From assembly GCA_048885535.1 (NCBI GenBank), contig JBHLLO010000011.1, positions 9,483-69,524 of the forward strand: 60,042 bases of DNA, written 5' to 3'. Within the stretch, counting starts at the first letter, position 1. Each line of letters opens with the position of its first letter. Shown in pieces: positions 1-11,309 of this stretch. The position numbers and the translations under genes are program-made. This DNA comes from Candidatus Hermodarchaeota archaeon. Its GTDB lineage: Archaea; Asgardarchaeota; Lokiarchaeia; Sigyniarchaeales; SOKP01. The notes beneath the pieces are model-generated. The model was not told the origin of the DNA. It ran no database searches and worked only from the letters and a program-made list of their open reading frames with translations.

Positions 1-147
1 AGAATCACCGTGTTTAATTCTATTATTTTAGTACTCTCATTTTTGTATGATTTGCAGTCTTAATTATACATTTAAAAAAACTTAGAGTGATATAGATATA
101 ATAAAAATGCAATTTATTAAAAATTGAAATAAATTAGGCTGGAAATA

Positions 148-1677
148 ATGACTCAAGAAATTGATGTTAGAATAAAAGAAAAATATGAAAATCCTAAACG
201 TATTATGGCATCTTATGGCTCCAGAGAGATGTTTGGACAATTTATAACTGCGGCATTTGGTTTTAACGTATTATTTTACTATGAATCTGTAATTGGACTT
301 AGTTCTCTCTATATAATGTTAGCATTTACAATTTATAGTCTGTGGAACGCATTTAATGATCCATTAATCGGTTGGATTATGGAACGCGTAAAGTATCGAA
401 TGCCTTGGGAGAAGAAGTGGGGGTATCGAAGAGTTCCATGGATGCTATTAGGTGCGATACCATGGATTTTTTCATACTTAATGATTTACATGGTACCCCT
501 TACTTGGTATAATACTCCTTCAGCTGTAGCTAATAATCAATTAGCAATATTTGGATGGTATGTCATAACCATTATAATATATGATACTTTGCTTACTTTA
601 TACGATGTAAATGTTATCTCAATATATCCTGAAAAATTTCCTGGATTGAATGAACGGAGAACAGTTCAAGGATTTGGGACTATATTAGGAATTCTTGGAT
701 TAGTTTTAGCCGTTGTTTTACCAGGTTTCTTCATTATTAGTGATCCTGCTATCACAGATAACGTTCTTATTGCCTCATCATATCAAACTGCAGCATTTGT
801 AAGCATAGGAATAGGTTTCATTTTCTTTCTCTTTATTATACCAGGAATATGGGAAAATAAGAGAGTAAGAGAGAGATATGCAAAAAGAATTGAATTACCT
901 GAGAGTAAAGAAATTGAATCATTTTTTAGAGAGAGTAAGAAAGCAATCAAAGATAAACGTCTAATGCTTAAAATATTATTTTTCTTTGGGTACCAAGTAG
1001 GAGGAGTAATGCTTCAGAATTCTGGTAGATATATTGTTACTTTTATTATAAATGCTGGTGAATTGGAATTTATTATAGTTTTAGGTTCAATGTTACTTGG
1101 AGCAATTATTTCAATTCCATTGTGGGTTGTATTGTCTAAAAGAATAAATAATAATAAGAAAATGAGTGTAATAGCTGGTTTTGCTATGTTTTTTACAATT
1201 GTTCCGATGATTTTTCTTCCTGATGGACTTACATTGCCTGGTTTTGCCACTATAATTTGGGCCATAAGCTTGTTTTTATTCGGAATTGGTGTTGGAGGCC
1301 AATGGTTTATGGATCCCCCTACCATGGGAGATGTTCTTGATGATCATGCAGTTAGAACAGGAAAAAGGCAACAATCTATCTATTATGGGTTTCAAGCTCT
1401 TTTTATTAGATTAGGCTATGCTTTAATAGTTATTATAATAGCAACTGTACATATTTTAACAGGCTTTAAAGAAGGAGCTGAAACACTTGGAGAATTAATA
1501 GCTCAAAATCCGACTGGTTGGCAATTAGCAGTTTTTGGAGTTAGGTTACACGCAACTATAATCCCTGCGATTGTTGTTTTAATTACGACATTAATATTTT
1601 GGAAATTTTACGATTTGACTCCCGATAAAGTTGCGGTAAACAAAAAGAAATTAAAAGAAATGAAAATTGAGTTCTAA
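148..1677 (+). CDS. MFS transporter, glycoside-pentoside-hexuronide (GPH/MelB-like) family
   Basis: About 12 hydrophobic segments; GPH motifs 'WNAFNDPLIG', 'WGYRRVPW' and 'DVLDDHAVRTGKRQQSIYYG'. Confidence 0.85.
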   Translation: MTQEIDVRIKEKYENPKRIMASYGSREMFGQFITAAFGFNVLFYYESVIGLSSLYIMLAFTIYSLWNAFNDPLIGWIMERVKYRMPWEKKWGYRRVPWMLLGAIPWIFSYLMIYMVPLTWYNTPSAVANNQLAIFGWYVITIIIYDTLLTLYDVNVISIYPEKFPGLNERRTVQGFGTILGILGLVLAVVLPGFFIISDPAITDNVLIASSYQTAAFVSIGIGFIFFLFIIPGIWENKRVRERYAKRIELPESKEIESFFRESKKAIKDKRLMLKILFFFGYQVGGVMLQNSGRYIVTFIINAGELEFIIVLGSMLLGAIISIPLWVVLSKRINNNKKMSVIAGFAMFFTIVPMIFLPDGLTLPGFATIIWAISLFLFGIGVGGQWFMDPPTMGDVLDDHAVRTGKRQQSIYYGFQALFIRLGYALIVIIIATVHILTGFKEGAETLGELIAQNPTGWQLAVFGVRLHATIIPAIVVLITTLIFWKFYDLTPDKVAVNKKKLKEMKIEF

Positions 1678-1717
1678 ATTCTAGACTAAATTACTATTTT
1701 TTTTCTTAATTTTATAA

Positions 1718-2743
1718 TTACCAACGCCAGAATATATCTTCAGCATGACCTAGCATATTTTTAATATGGATTTTATCATCATTATCCAATTTTAAAACAC
1801 CATTATATAATCCATGCATTAAAGAAGAATCTAATTTTATTATTCCAAAATTAATTTTTTCTGTATGAGGAATTAGAGGTATAAGCATCATATCAAATCG
1901 ATTATCATTACTGGTGAATTTCCATGGTTTTGAAGGATCTCGATTTTCATGGTGAAAAGTGATTTCGTCAATTTTATGAGCCTTGCCATTATAAAAAACG
2001 ACGCTTTCTGTATGAGTTGAGAGGTCTCCAAATCCATAACCAATATTAAAAGCAACAGGTACTTCATCAACAATGCCACATGCAGATCCCCATAACCAAT
2101 GAGTTTTATATGGCCAAATTCCACGTCCCCAATCCATTAGACCGAATGATGATTCTGGTTTGAAATCATATACTTGTTCTCCTAGATGTATAGACCCTTC
2201 TGCGGGCATCATATTTATTTTATGATTATAATAAAATAGTTTTGGATTTTCTTTATAACCTGTAACTACCACAGTATTATCCCAATTAGGATTATCATAA
2301 AGATTTATAGTCCCTTTTATACCCTTACCCAAGAACGTCTTATCATCAATACTTAAAATTCTATTATTCCCTTTTCTTTCAATAGTAGCCTTAAATTTAG
2401 TAGTTGGAAATTCTATAATGAAATCTTCCATAGAACTTAAAGGTAGAATTTTAGATTTGGTAAAAAATTTCATTGGAGCCTTACTGTATCTTTTCTTAGT
2501 AGTAAAATCGAGCCATACATAACTCATCTGTGTAAGATATCCGATATCTCCTATGGTTAATTGAAATCCAAACTCTTTATTTAAAACAGAAAAGTGATCC
2601 CATTCTTTAATTCGAATCCAACCTTTTCCAATATTTTCTTTATTATATTTCAATATTGGCTTTTTTGCCCAACCTCTTTGTGTGAGAGTCCCATCATTTT
2701 TAAATAGTTCAGATGATTTAGTGATTTCTTGTTGTTGCCCCAT
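1718..2743 (-). CDS. DUF2804-family protein
   Basis: Motifs 'RIKEWD', 'FYYNHK', 'DWGRGIWPYKTHWLW' and 'FNIGYGFGD' typical of DUF2804. Confidence 0.8.
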   Translation of the reverse strand: MGQQQEITKSSELFKNDGTLTQRGWAKKPILKYNKENIGKGWIRIKEWDHFSVLNKEFGFQLTIGDIGYLTQMSYVWLDFTTKKRYSKAPMKFFTKSKILPLSSMEDFIIEFPTTKFKATIERKGNNRILSIDDKTFLGKGIKGTINLYDNPNWDNTVVVTGYKENPKLFYYNHKINMMPAEGSIHLGEQVYDFKPESSFGLMDWGRGIWPYKTHWLWGSACGIVDEVPVAFNIGYGFGDLSTHTESVVFYNGKAHKIDEITFHHENRDPSKPWKFTSNDNRFDMMLIPLIPHTEKINFGIIKLDSSLMHGLYNGVLKLDNDDKIHIKNMLGHAEDIFWRW

Positions 2744-2856
2744 TAAAATAATCTACTCAATTGCTTAACAAATCGTTGTTATATTAAAGAATTGATTAAT
2801 TAATATAAAAAATACTAATTTTTGTGATTAACTTTCGACAAGTTTAGGAATATATC

Positions 2857-4818
2857 CTAATTGCCTTCTGAATGAGTCTTCTTTTTCTTTGGAATTTTCA
2901 ATGATACAATTGCCAAGATAATACTTAGTACTACGAAAAAAATACCTGTAAACAATTGAGGATTAACAGAGATAAAAGTTGGTTCAATTACATAAAGTAT
3001 TGAACTAAGATAAAAGACGATTACGAAAATTATAATGAGAATTGGCCATTTAGTAATTTTCATCCTTTCAGCTACTTGTTCTTCTAGAAGTTGTTTAAAC
3101 TTGACTTTTGAAAAAACCTTATCAAAAATACCCTTTATCACTCCTATTAAAGCTAAAGAAATAATCCCTAAATTAAAAATCAATATAAAGTAGTCAAAGT
3201 AAAAATAAAGAAAATAGGCAATAGAAACAAGTAAGAAATACATAAGATAAATGATTAAAAAGATAATTATCCATTTAAACATTTTATTTTTAGGTGAAAT
3301 CTCATCAAGAACATGACTAGCCCTTCTCTTACCAAAAAATCGTATCCTTAATAAAAAAATTAACATCAAGAAAATAAATACAAAAGGTAAAGTTGCAAGA
3401 ATTGTCAGGAATAAATCCATAAACCTAGGATCAAGAACATAAACCAATATAGGAGTGATTGTAGCTATTATTTGAAGAATACTCATAATTAATAACTTAG
3501 CCTTAGCTTGGTCACGATTTATGATAGGGAGTCCTGCGGTTATACTTTTCCCAGTATTCTCTATATTCAATATATTGTATACAATTACTCCAGAAAGAAC
3601 AGGACTAAATCCTACAATTACCAACCAATTATAAAATAAATCACCCCCCAACAACGCTCCTTGTCCATAACTGATATTGAAAAAAATTATAAACACAAAT
3701 GACATAATAGTAGGCATTAAGAAAGACATAAATGTCTGTATATTTCTGGAAGCAATAAGTAAATCTTTCCGAATAAAAGCTTTGATGGGAGAAACTTTGT
3801 GAATTCTTACTGTTAGCTCCTTTTCTGGTTGAATATATTTATTGAACTTATATTTTAACGATAGGATATTGTTAATCGAATTCATCGCTTTCTTAAAGAA
3901 GAAATAAAGTAAGATTAAGTATAAACTCATACCAAATAGAGGACTGAGCCAAATATTAATCGTCATCTCTGGAGCATTGATAAAAAAGCAAATTAAATAG
4001 GTTGGGCTAAAAGGAAAAGGAATAAAACTCAGAATAAGGTTATAAAGTGGGGAATGATATAAATTAGCAGAAGTTACAATAATCGAAATTAATGAATTTA
4101 AACCCATTTGAATAGCAAAGATACTGCCAAAGATTATTATTGAATAACTGAAAACATTTAGTATTTGTAGTGACAATGCCTTTCTTACCTTTTTAGTCTG
4201 TAATTTTATCACATTAGCTAGTTTTTCTCCAAGAATAATTAGAATCGAAATTGAAAACATCACATTGATGACTGAACAACCTAATGAAATAAGAAAAGCA
4301 AGATAATTTTGGGTAACAAAGTACAACATTATCGGAAAAGTAAGGATATTTGTTAATATTGGTATATCAAAATTATGTATAATTGTAAGTAATGTTACTC
4401 TTTTTAATTCCTTTCGAGACAATGGGAGTGTTTTAAACCATTCAAAAATTTCACCAGACATTATATTCATCAAATTGAATACTCCCATTAAAAAAAAATC
4501 GAAAAACTGTAGTAGGAAGTAGGTTTGGAGAACAAAACTTTGAATAAATACAATAATTTGAGGATCAGCTCCAGCTTCAGTGAGTGAATTAGTGATACCT
4601 AAAAATGCTATTAAGGGAAATATTGGCAAAATTACAAAGATTATACTATTAATGATTTTATATGAAAGAAATTTTAACTTGAGAGAACGCTTTTTCTTTC
4701 TATATTTTGCAAAAATTTGATCTATTGCTTCACTCTTCAATTGTAGTTGTTCTTCTATGAGAATTTCATAAGAAATATTTTTAGCTATGGAATATATGCT
4801 ATATTTGTTGTTTCTCAT
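2857..4818 (-). CDS. Large polytopic membrane protein, putative ABC-2-type permease
   Basis: 653 aa with many TM segments in two repeated halves; 'KTLPLS' and 'FIRKDLLIASRN' resemble ABC-2 permease halves. Confidence 0.55.
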   Translation of the reverse strand: MRNNKYSIYSIAKNISYEILIEEQLQLKSEAIDQIFAKYRKKKRSLKLKFLSYKIINSIIFVILPIFPLIAFLGITNSLTEAGADPQIIVFIQSFVLQTYFLLQFFDFFLMGVFNLMNIMSGEIFEWFKTLPLSRKELKRVTLLTIIHNFDIPILTNILTFPIMLYFVTQNYLAFLISLGCSVINVMFSISILIILGEKLANVIKLQTKKVRKALSLQILNVFSYSIIIFGSIFAIQMGLNSLISIIVTSANLYHSPLYNLILSFIPFPFSPTYLICFFINAPEMTINIWLSPLFGMSLYLILLYFFFKKAMNSINNILSLKYKFNKYIQPEKELTVRIHKVSPIKAFIRKDLLIASRNIQTFMSFLMPTIMSFVFIIFFNISYGQGALLGGDLFYNWLVIVGFSPVLSGVIVYNILNIENTGKSITAGLPIINRDQAKAKLLIMSILQIIATITPILVYVLDPRFMDLFLTILATLPFVFIFLMLIFLLRIRFFGKRRASHVLDEISPKNKMFKWIIIFLIIYLMYFLLVSIAYFLYFYFDYFILIFNLGIISLALIGVIKGIFDKVFSKVKFKQLLEEQVAERMKITKWPILIIIFVIVFYLSSILYVIEPTFISVNPQLFTGIFFVVLSIILAIVSLKIPKKKKTHSEGN

Positions 4819-4972
4819 TAAGTTACAGTTTTAAAATTTTAAACTTATTAAGATTTTAATTTTTGAAAAAATAAATATCTATACTTATTTCTCAATTAGG
4901 ATATTATTATCAAATATTTATTGTGTTGATGTTTAATTAAAATCTTAAATGGGGAAAAGAAGTTTTAAGATT

Positions 4973-6382
4973 TTATTCAACTTTCTGACAGATATTTTCG
5001 ATCTTTTGAAAAGTATTATTAATTATTTCGTCTGTATGGAGTATACAAGTGTAAAAACGACTTCCAGCCACAGAAATAATTTCTTGATCAACTAGAGCCG
5101 CGCCCATATGATCCATAAATTCTTTTCGTTCTTTAATTTGGGGAGCTTGGTTGGGATCTGTTATATTTATTCCAAAGACACAAGAAGTATGAAAGTGTAC
5201 TGTTCCACCATAATTATAGGAAAACCATGGTAAATCATATTTATTAAATATTTCATTTAATCCTTTTGAAATTTTTGATGCTGCTTTTCCTGCAATTTCT
5301 GTTGCATTAGCTTCTTCAACATATTTAATAGCCCAATAAGCTGCAGCACATGTTAATGGATTGGCTGCTAAAGTACCTCCACAATAAGCTCTTTTAGCAC
5401 CTCCACCGACTCCTGCCGCTACAGTAGCCATAATATCTGCTCTCCCACCTAAAGCTGCAGCAGAAGGATATCCATGACCAACAATCTTACCAAATACAGA
5501 GAGATCTGGAGTATAACCAAAATAACCTTGGCCCCCTCCCATATGTAATCTAAAAGCACACACAACTTCATCACTAATCAAAAGAGTTCCATTTTGGTGA
5601 CAAAGTTCCTCTACTTCTTTATTAAATTCTGGTCTCACAGGAATTGCCCCACTTTCTCCTCCCATTGGTTCTAAAATTACAGCTGCAATTTTCTTTTTTT
5701 CTCTGAACAACTCTCTCAATGCTTCAATATCATTTGGAGGAATAGATTCAATACTCTTAAAGGTCTCTTTAGGAATTCCATGAGACTCCATCCTTTTTGT
5801 ACCTGGGATATGCATGTCATAGACAAGTTGATCTGACCATCCATGATAACTTCCACCTACTTTAATAATATATTTTTTTCCAGTAAATACACGTGCAACT
5901 CTTATTGCTAACATATCAGCTTCTGTCCCACTTTGGAGCCATCTTATGGTTTCACATGAAGGAAAGTGTTTATTTAATTGTTCTGCTGCTAAGTATTCAT
6001 ATTCATGTGTTATTCCATGGCAGGGCCCAATCTCTTCAATAGTTTCCAATATCTTTTCTGTTAATGGTTTATAATTATGTCCTAATATAATAGGACCTCC
6101 GCACATTAAGTAATCTAGAAGTACGACATCATCTACAGTTTGCATATAACAATCATAAACTCGCTTACTTGCAAGCGGGAAAGGAAAATTGAAAGCAAGA
6201 TTATGTTCCACTCCTCCAGGTAAAATTTTTTTTGCTCTTTCAAAAGCATCTTTAGATTTAGGATGCCTTCTTTCATATCTCTCTATAATTCCCTTTAATT
6301 CTTCCGGCTTAAATTTTCTTAAAGGATGGCTTACTATATTCTCGATTTTAGCAATTTGTTCTTCATACTTCATACTACACAT
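4973..6382 (-). CDS. Class III PLP-dependent aminotransferase (glutamate-1-semialdehyde aminomutase-like)
   Basis: 'LPGGV', 'SGTEA', 'GSYHG', 'LISDEVV' and the PLP lysine in 'FGKIVGHGYP'; 'GGTLAANP'. Confidence 0.85.
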   Translation of the reverse strand: MCSMKYEEQIAKIENIVSHPLRKFKPEELKGIIERYERRHPKSKDAFERAKKILPGGVEHNLAFNFPFPLASKRVYDCYMQTVDDVVLLDYLMCGGPIILGHNYKPLTEKILETIEEIGPCHGITHEYEYLAAEQLNKHFPSCETIRWLQSGTEADMLAIRVARVFTGKKYIIKVGGSYHGWSDQLVYDMHIPGTKRMESHGIPKETFKSIESIPPNDIEALRELFREKKKIAAVILEPMGGESGAIPVRPEFNKEVEELCHQNGTLLISDEVVCAFRLHMGGGQGYFGYTPDLSVFGKIVGHGYPSAAALGGRADIMATVAAGVGGGAKRAYCGGTLAANPLTCAAAYWAIKYVEEANATEIAGKAASKISKGLNEIFNKYDLPWFSYNYGGTVHFHTSCVFGINITDPNQAPQIKERKEFMDHMGAALVDQEIISVAGSRFYTCILHTDEIINNTFQKIENICQKVE

Positions 6383-6525
6383 TATTATTCAAAACCAGCT
6401 TTAAAATTATTTTAATTAATTAATAACTAAAGAATAGCATCAAAAAAGAAGTTTGTTTTTTGAGAAAAGAATGAACAATTCTAAGTAAAGAATCTTTATT
6501 TAGTCTTAAGACATTTAATTTAATT

Positions 6526-8154
6526 ATGACGATTTCTGAAAAAAAATATATACTTGCTATAGATAATGGAACAGGAGGACCTAAAAGTGCAATCGTGTCC
6601 ACTCATGGTGAAGTACTTGAATGGGCTTTCCAAGAGGTTTCTTTACATGTAACAAAAGGAGGAGGAGCGGAGCAAGATCCAGAAGAATGGTGGGATGCTA
6701 TATTAAAAACAGCTAAACAAGTAATTGACAGTGGTTGTGTTTCTGTGGAAGACATTATAGGAGTGTGTAATACAGGTCAATGGAGTGGTACAGTACCATT
6801 GGATAAAGATGGCAATCATTTAATGAATGCGATAATTTGGATGGATGTTCGCGGAGCATCCGCAATTCAAAAGTTTTATAAGGGCTTAATTAAATTTGGA
6901 GGAATAAATGTAATTAAAGCATTAAAATTTGTTAAAAGAACTGGTGGAGCTCCAACTTTAAGTGGAAAAGATCCTGTTGCACATATATTATGGCTTAAAA
7001 ATGAACATCCAGAGATTTATGAAAAAGCATTTATGTTTTTAGAGCCTCAAGATTATATTAATCTAAAATTAACTGGAAAATTTGCCTCATCATATACGAC
7101 TATTGGAATTCATTGGCTAACTGATATTAGAGATATTAATAATATTAGTTACTCTAAAAAATTAATTAAAATGTTAAAAATAGATAAGGAAAAATTACCT
7201 TCTGAATTATTACATTCAACCGATATTTTAGGTCCAATTAAGAATGAGATAGCTGAGGAATTAGGATTAGATAAAAACACTAAAGTCGTTGCTGGAGTCC
7301 CTGATGTCCCTTCTGCTGCTATTGGCTCGGGGGCTGTTCAGGATTATGAGACACATTTATATATTGGAACTAGTGATTGGCTAATTTGCCATATTCCTTA
7401 TAAAAAGACGGATATTTTTCATAATATGGGTGCTATTGCTTCAGGAATTCCTGGTAGATATATGATAATTAATGAACAAGAAATAGCAGGTGGTACTTTA
7501 TCGTTTCTGAGGGACAAAATACTTTACCATAAAGATGAACTTTTAAGGGAAGAAGCCGTTCCTGATGTCTATAAGATCTTTGATAAAATTGTTGAAGAAA
7601 CGCCACCTGGTTCAAATAATCTTATTTTTACTCCCTGGCTTATAGGAGAGAGAGCACCTATAGATGATCACACAATTAGAGGAGGACTATATAACATTTC
7701 TTTAGAAATGTCAAGGAAGCATTTAATTAGGGCAATTTTTGAAGGTGTAGCTTATAATGTTAGATGGCTTTTTACGTATGTCGAAAGATTTGTAAGAAAA
7801 TTAAAGAAAAAGGGAGGAATTAGTATACCAAAGAATCAAGTCGTTATTCCAGAAATTAATATCATTGGAGGTGGAGCTAGCAGTAATGTATGGTGTCAGA
7901 TTTTTGCCGATGTATTAAATCGAACAATAAAGCAAGTAGAAAATCCTATACAAGCAAATGCTCGTGGAGCAGCATTTATTGCTTCAGTTGGGCTTGGTTA
8001 TATTGAATGGGATCACATTCCAAAGCATATTCAATATTCAAATATCTTTAAACCAAATCCAGATAATAGAGAAGTTTATGATAACCTCTTTAATGAATAT
8101 TTGAATATTTATAAAATTATGGGAAAAACCTATAAGAGACTTAATTCTGCCTGA
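6526..8154 (+). CDS. FGGY-family carbohydrate kinase (xylulokinase-like)
   Basis: 'AIDNGTGGPK', 'EQDPEEWW', 'IIWMDVR', 'IGTS', 'GERAP', 'RAIFEGVA' and 'GGGASS'. Confidence 0.9.
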   Translation: MTISEKKYILAIDNGTGGPKSAIVSTHGEVLEWAFQEVSLHVTKGGGAEQDPEEWWDAILKTAKQVIDSGCVSVEDIIGVCNTGQWSGTVPLDKDGNHLMNAIIWMDVRGASAIQKFYKGLIKFGGINVIKALKFVKRTGGAPTLSGKDPVAHILWLKNEHPEIYEKAFMFLEPQDYINLKLTGKFASSYTTIGIHWLTDIRDINNISYSKKLIKMLKIDKEKLPSELLHSTDILGPIKNEIAEELGLDKNTKVVAGVPDVPSAAIGSGAVQDYETHLYIGTSDWLICHIPYKKTDIFHNMGAIASGIPGRYMIINEQEIAGGTLSFLRDKILYHKDELLREEAVPDVYKIFDKIVEETPPGSNNLIFTPWLIGERAPIDDHTIRGGLYNISLEMSRKHLIRAIFEGVAYNVRWLFTYVERFVRKLKKKGGISIPKNQVVIPEINIIGGGASSNVWCQIFADVLNRTIKQVENPIQANARGAAFIASVGLGYIEWDHIPKHIQYSNIFKPNPDNREVYDNLFNEYLNIYKIMGKTYKRLNSA

Positions 8155-8170
8155 ATCTGATATAAATTTA

Positions 8171-9025
8171 TTATTTTTTTATTTTTGAAGCTAAAATAGG
8201 TGAAATCCTTCGACTAATAAATTCTCTAATATACCTCAAACGCGTTTTATTAATTGAAGAAAGAGTTAATCTATCATTCATTACTTTAATTAATTCTTTT
8301 TCTGATATTTTGCTGCAATCTTCGAGGATTGAGACCGCAAATTCAACATCTCTTATAAATCGCAAAACTATGTCTGCCAATGATTTGAACTGAATTCCAT
8401 TTTCGTTCTTTTCTCTCAAAGCATTTTTAAGTATTGCTTGTTCATGTTTAATATCTGTTTCAAAAGGATCTTGAATTACATGCTTATAATTATTAATTAG
8501 AAAATCAAATTTCTGTTGATTAGCAACCATATTATAATAAAAACCTGGATTTGGGTAAATTTCTGGATCATACTCAATTTTTTCTAATGCATGAGAATTT
8601 CTATATTCTTCAGGGATCAATTCATCTATTGCATTATTTAAGGGTTCTAAATTTACACTTTCATTTATTTTACTAATGATAAAGGAAGAATAACCAAATA
8701 AACTGGCGTGAATTAACCCTGCAATACAATTAAAACCAAATTCACGTACGAAACTTATTAAGGAAGGACCTTTTACTTCTTCATCCTTAATTTGGTCTTC
8801 TTGTTTTAAATTTGAAATAAACATATCTATAGTTTCATAACCTAAGATTTTACCATTTGGATCCGCTAAAATCATAAATCGATCTTCACAAACAGCTCCT
8901 TGAGGCACTTGAATCTTAACAAAACCATACTTTTTTTGAGAAAAAACTTTGAGCGGAATTCTTAATCTTTTTGTAGTCCCACAGGCAGGACATGCTATTT
9001 CCAACTCTTTTACAGCTTGTTCCAT
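8171..9025 (-). CDS. Hypothetical protein with N-terminal Zn-ribbon-like CPACG motif
   Basis: 284-aa ORF; 'IACPACG' plus a downstream Cys ('AVCED'); GGTGGGG SD-like sequence upstream. Confidence 0.65.
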   Translation of the reverse strand: MEQAVKELEIACPACGTTKRLRIPLKVFSQKKYGFVKIQVPQGAVCEDRFMILADPNGKILGYETIDMFISNLKQEDQIKDEEVKGPSLISFVREFGFNCIAGLIHASLFGYSSFIISKINESVNLEPLNNAIDELIPEEYRNSHALEKIEYDPEIYPNPGFYYNMVANQQKFDFLINNYKHVIQDPFETDIKHEQAILKNALREKNENGIQFKSLADIVLRFIRDVEFAVSILEDCSKISEKELIKVMNDRLTLSSINKTRLRYIREFISRRISPILASKIKK

Positions 9026-9185
9026 TCCAACCCCACCTTTTAATAAAAATGAAAATATATTCTCAATAATTATTAAAAAAAAAATTTTAAGTCCATAAAG
9101 GACTTGAAATCTATAACAAAAGTATAATAAAAGAACTAGTATTAAAAATTATCTCAAAAAATTAAAATAAATAGAAAGAAAAAAA

Positions 9186-11045
9186 TTAACCCTTAATTTC
9201 CTTACCTTCTTTAATTTTCTCTAAATCTTTTTCTTGGAGCTCTCTACGTTGCACTTTTCCTGTCATACTAACTGGCATTTTACGTATGAATTCAATGTAT
9301 TTAGGAGATTTCCATTTAGCCATATTCTCTAAACACCATGCCTTTAACTGATCACTAGTTATATCCCTATCTACTTTATATCCTTTTTTCAGTGTTACCC
9401 ATGCCTTTGTTGCTTCTCCTGTAAGTTCGTCAGGAACTCCTGCAACAGCAACCTCATCAACCATCTCATGGTGTCCTATTAGCTCTTCCACTTCTTTTGG
9501 AAAGACTGAGTGCCCAGAAACCTTTATTAAGGATTTTTTACGGTCTCTTATTTCGACAAAACCATGTTCATCCATAAAACCTATATCACCAGTAAGTAAC
9601 CAACGCTTTCCTCCCCAATACTTTAAATTTTCTTCCTGCTCAGCTTGTACGCCCAGATATCCTAACATTATATGGGGACCAGCAATACAGATTTCACCAG
9701 TATGTTCTACCCCAAAGTTGTTTCTTTCAGGAGTACCATCACATATTGGACCAGCCTCAAAATTTTCTGAATCAAAAATAGCCCAGTCAGCACCAGGAAT
9801 TGGTAACCCTAATTTTCCAATCTTATAATCACCCCAGTAGGGGGCAATACTTGTCACAGGGGATGTCTCTGTTAATCCATAACCCACTCTTATTGGGCAA
9901 AAAATCTCTTCAAATGGAACTCTTACATAATCGTGAAGTGGACCAGCACCAGAGGTAGCATATTTGAGTTTCTTCCAAAAATCATATTTTTTCTTGAATT
10001 CTTCGACTCCAACAGATTCCACAAAATCGGTTAACCGCTTAAAAAGCATTTCAACTGCCACATAGATAATTCCTTTTGGTGTATCCAACTTATTAATTGT
10101 TTCACATAACACTTCATCTGAGGGAGGTTTAGGAAAAAGAATCATAACCATTCCTAGTGACAATGCTCCATTCATTACACATGTCATTCCAAAGCTGTGA
10201 AAAAAGGGAATGCTACCTATTGTTAACAATCCAGGTTCTAAATTAACCCAAGGTTTAATCATATAAAGATTTAAATTTAGATTTGCATGACTTAACATTG
10301 CAACTTTAGGTAGTCCGGTTGTACCTCCTGTCATCAAATATACAGCAGGGTCTGTCCATGGATCGATTCTTGTTTCAATTTCTACTGGTTTTGTATCTTT
10401 AATGATTTTATCCATCCAATATACTTTATAATGCTCTGTTTCATCCGGAATTTTATCTCTCGCATTAGGAATTCCTAATTTTTCTATTGTTTCAGCATCG
10501 GCAGTAAGGAAATCTACAAAATTAGAAGGAATCAAATATTTTACACTAGTTTTTGGAAGTATATCCTTAGGACCTGCTATATACAACATATCCATCATCA
10601 CAAAAGCTTTCGCTTTTGTCATCTGTAATGAGTGTAGGAGCTCCATTGGTCTATAAGTAGGGTTTATACCTTGTGCAATTGCTCCTATATACATACAACC
10701 CATATATGCGACTACAAAATTTATGGAATTAGGGAGGTCTATCGCTACAACGTCTCCTTTCCGAATCCCTAGAGTGTCATAGAGAAATGTACCAAACTTT
10801 TTTGCATAATCAAATAAAGTCCTCAATTTCACTCTTTCTATATAAGGACCATATACAAAATAGCAAACATCACTATCCCATGTCCCGTAATCATTTGCTG
10901 ATTTAATGAAACCTTCCCATAAAGGATTTGCCTCAATTCCTTCGACATCCTTTATTTGTTTTGGTACCCCTTCTGGCCAATAACCCCCTGTAAACCATAC
11001 TTTATTCTCATCCACTAAAAATTCTGGATCATTTAAACTCGTCAT
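9186..11045 (-). CDS. Long-chain fatty-acid-CoA ligase (AMP-binding family)
   Basis: 'MTGGTTGLPK' P-loop, 'GYGLTETSP', 'TGDIG', 'DRKKSLIK' and 'TGKVQRR'. Confidence 0.92.
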   Translation of the reverse strand: MTSLNDPEFLVDENKVWFTGGYWPEGVPKQIKDVEGIEANPLWEGFIKSANDYGTWDSDVCYFVYGPYIERVKLRTLFDYAKKFGTFLYDTLGIRKGDVVAIDLPNSINFVVAYMGCMYIGAIAQGINPTYRPMELLHSLQMTKAKAFVMMDMLYIAGPKDILPKTSVKYLIPSNFVDFLTADAETIEKLGIPNARDKIPDETEHYKVYWMDKIIKDTKPVEIETRIDPWTDPAVYLMTGGTTGLPKVAMLSHANLNLNLYMIKPWVNLEPGLLTIGSIPFFHSFGMTCVMNGALSLGMVMILFPKPPSDEVLCETINKLDTPKGIIYVAVEMLFKRLTDFVESVGVEEFKKKYDFWKKLKYATSGAGPLHDYVRVPFEEIFCPIRVGYGLTETSPVTSIAPYWGDYKIGKLGLPIPGADWAIFDSENFEAGPICDGTPERNNFGVEHTGEICIAGPHIMLGYLGVQAEQEENLKYWGGKRWLLTGDIGFMDEHGFVEIRDRKKSLIKVSGHSVFPKEVEELIGHHEMVDEVAVAGVPDELTGEATKAWVTLKKGYKVDRDITSDQLKAWCLENMAKWKSPKYIEFIRKMPVSMTGKVQRRELQEKDLEKIKEGKEIKG

Positions 11046-11132
11046 AATTACTCATTTTTATTTTCATTTTGTAAGATTTTGAAATTTGTTATAATATGAT
11101 TGATTTGTTATTATATAATAATATAATCCAAT

Positions 11133-11309
11133 TTAAGAGATTTGAGTCCTTTTTTTAATTGTCTTTCTTCTTTTATAGAAGTAATACACATTGATAGCAA
11201 TTAAAATTCCCACTACTGCCCATTGAATTGGGGGGAAATCTGTTAATAATGAAACTCCTAGGAACGTAAGCAGGAGATTGATTGTGATTTCTTTAAAAAA
11301 TTCCCATAT
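11133..11309 (-). CDS. Putative small two-TM membrane protein (58 aa; only ATA/ATT start codons available)
   Basis: Manual translation IWEFFKEITINLLLTFLGVSLLTDFPPIQWAVVGILIAINVYYFYKRRKTIKKRTQIS*; two hydrophobic stretches and a basic tail; absent from the ORF track. Confidence 0.4.
   Translation of the reverse strand: MWEFFKEITINLLLTFLGVSLLTDFPPIQWAVVGILIAINVYYFYKRRKTIKKRTQIS

Noticed and set aside
4973-6382. Assigning hemL to the class III aminotransferase
   Set aside because: Divergent motifs, an N-terminal extension and a sugar-kinase context make the specific function unsupported
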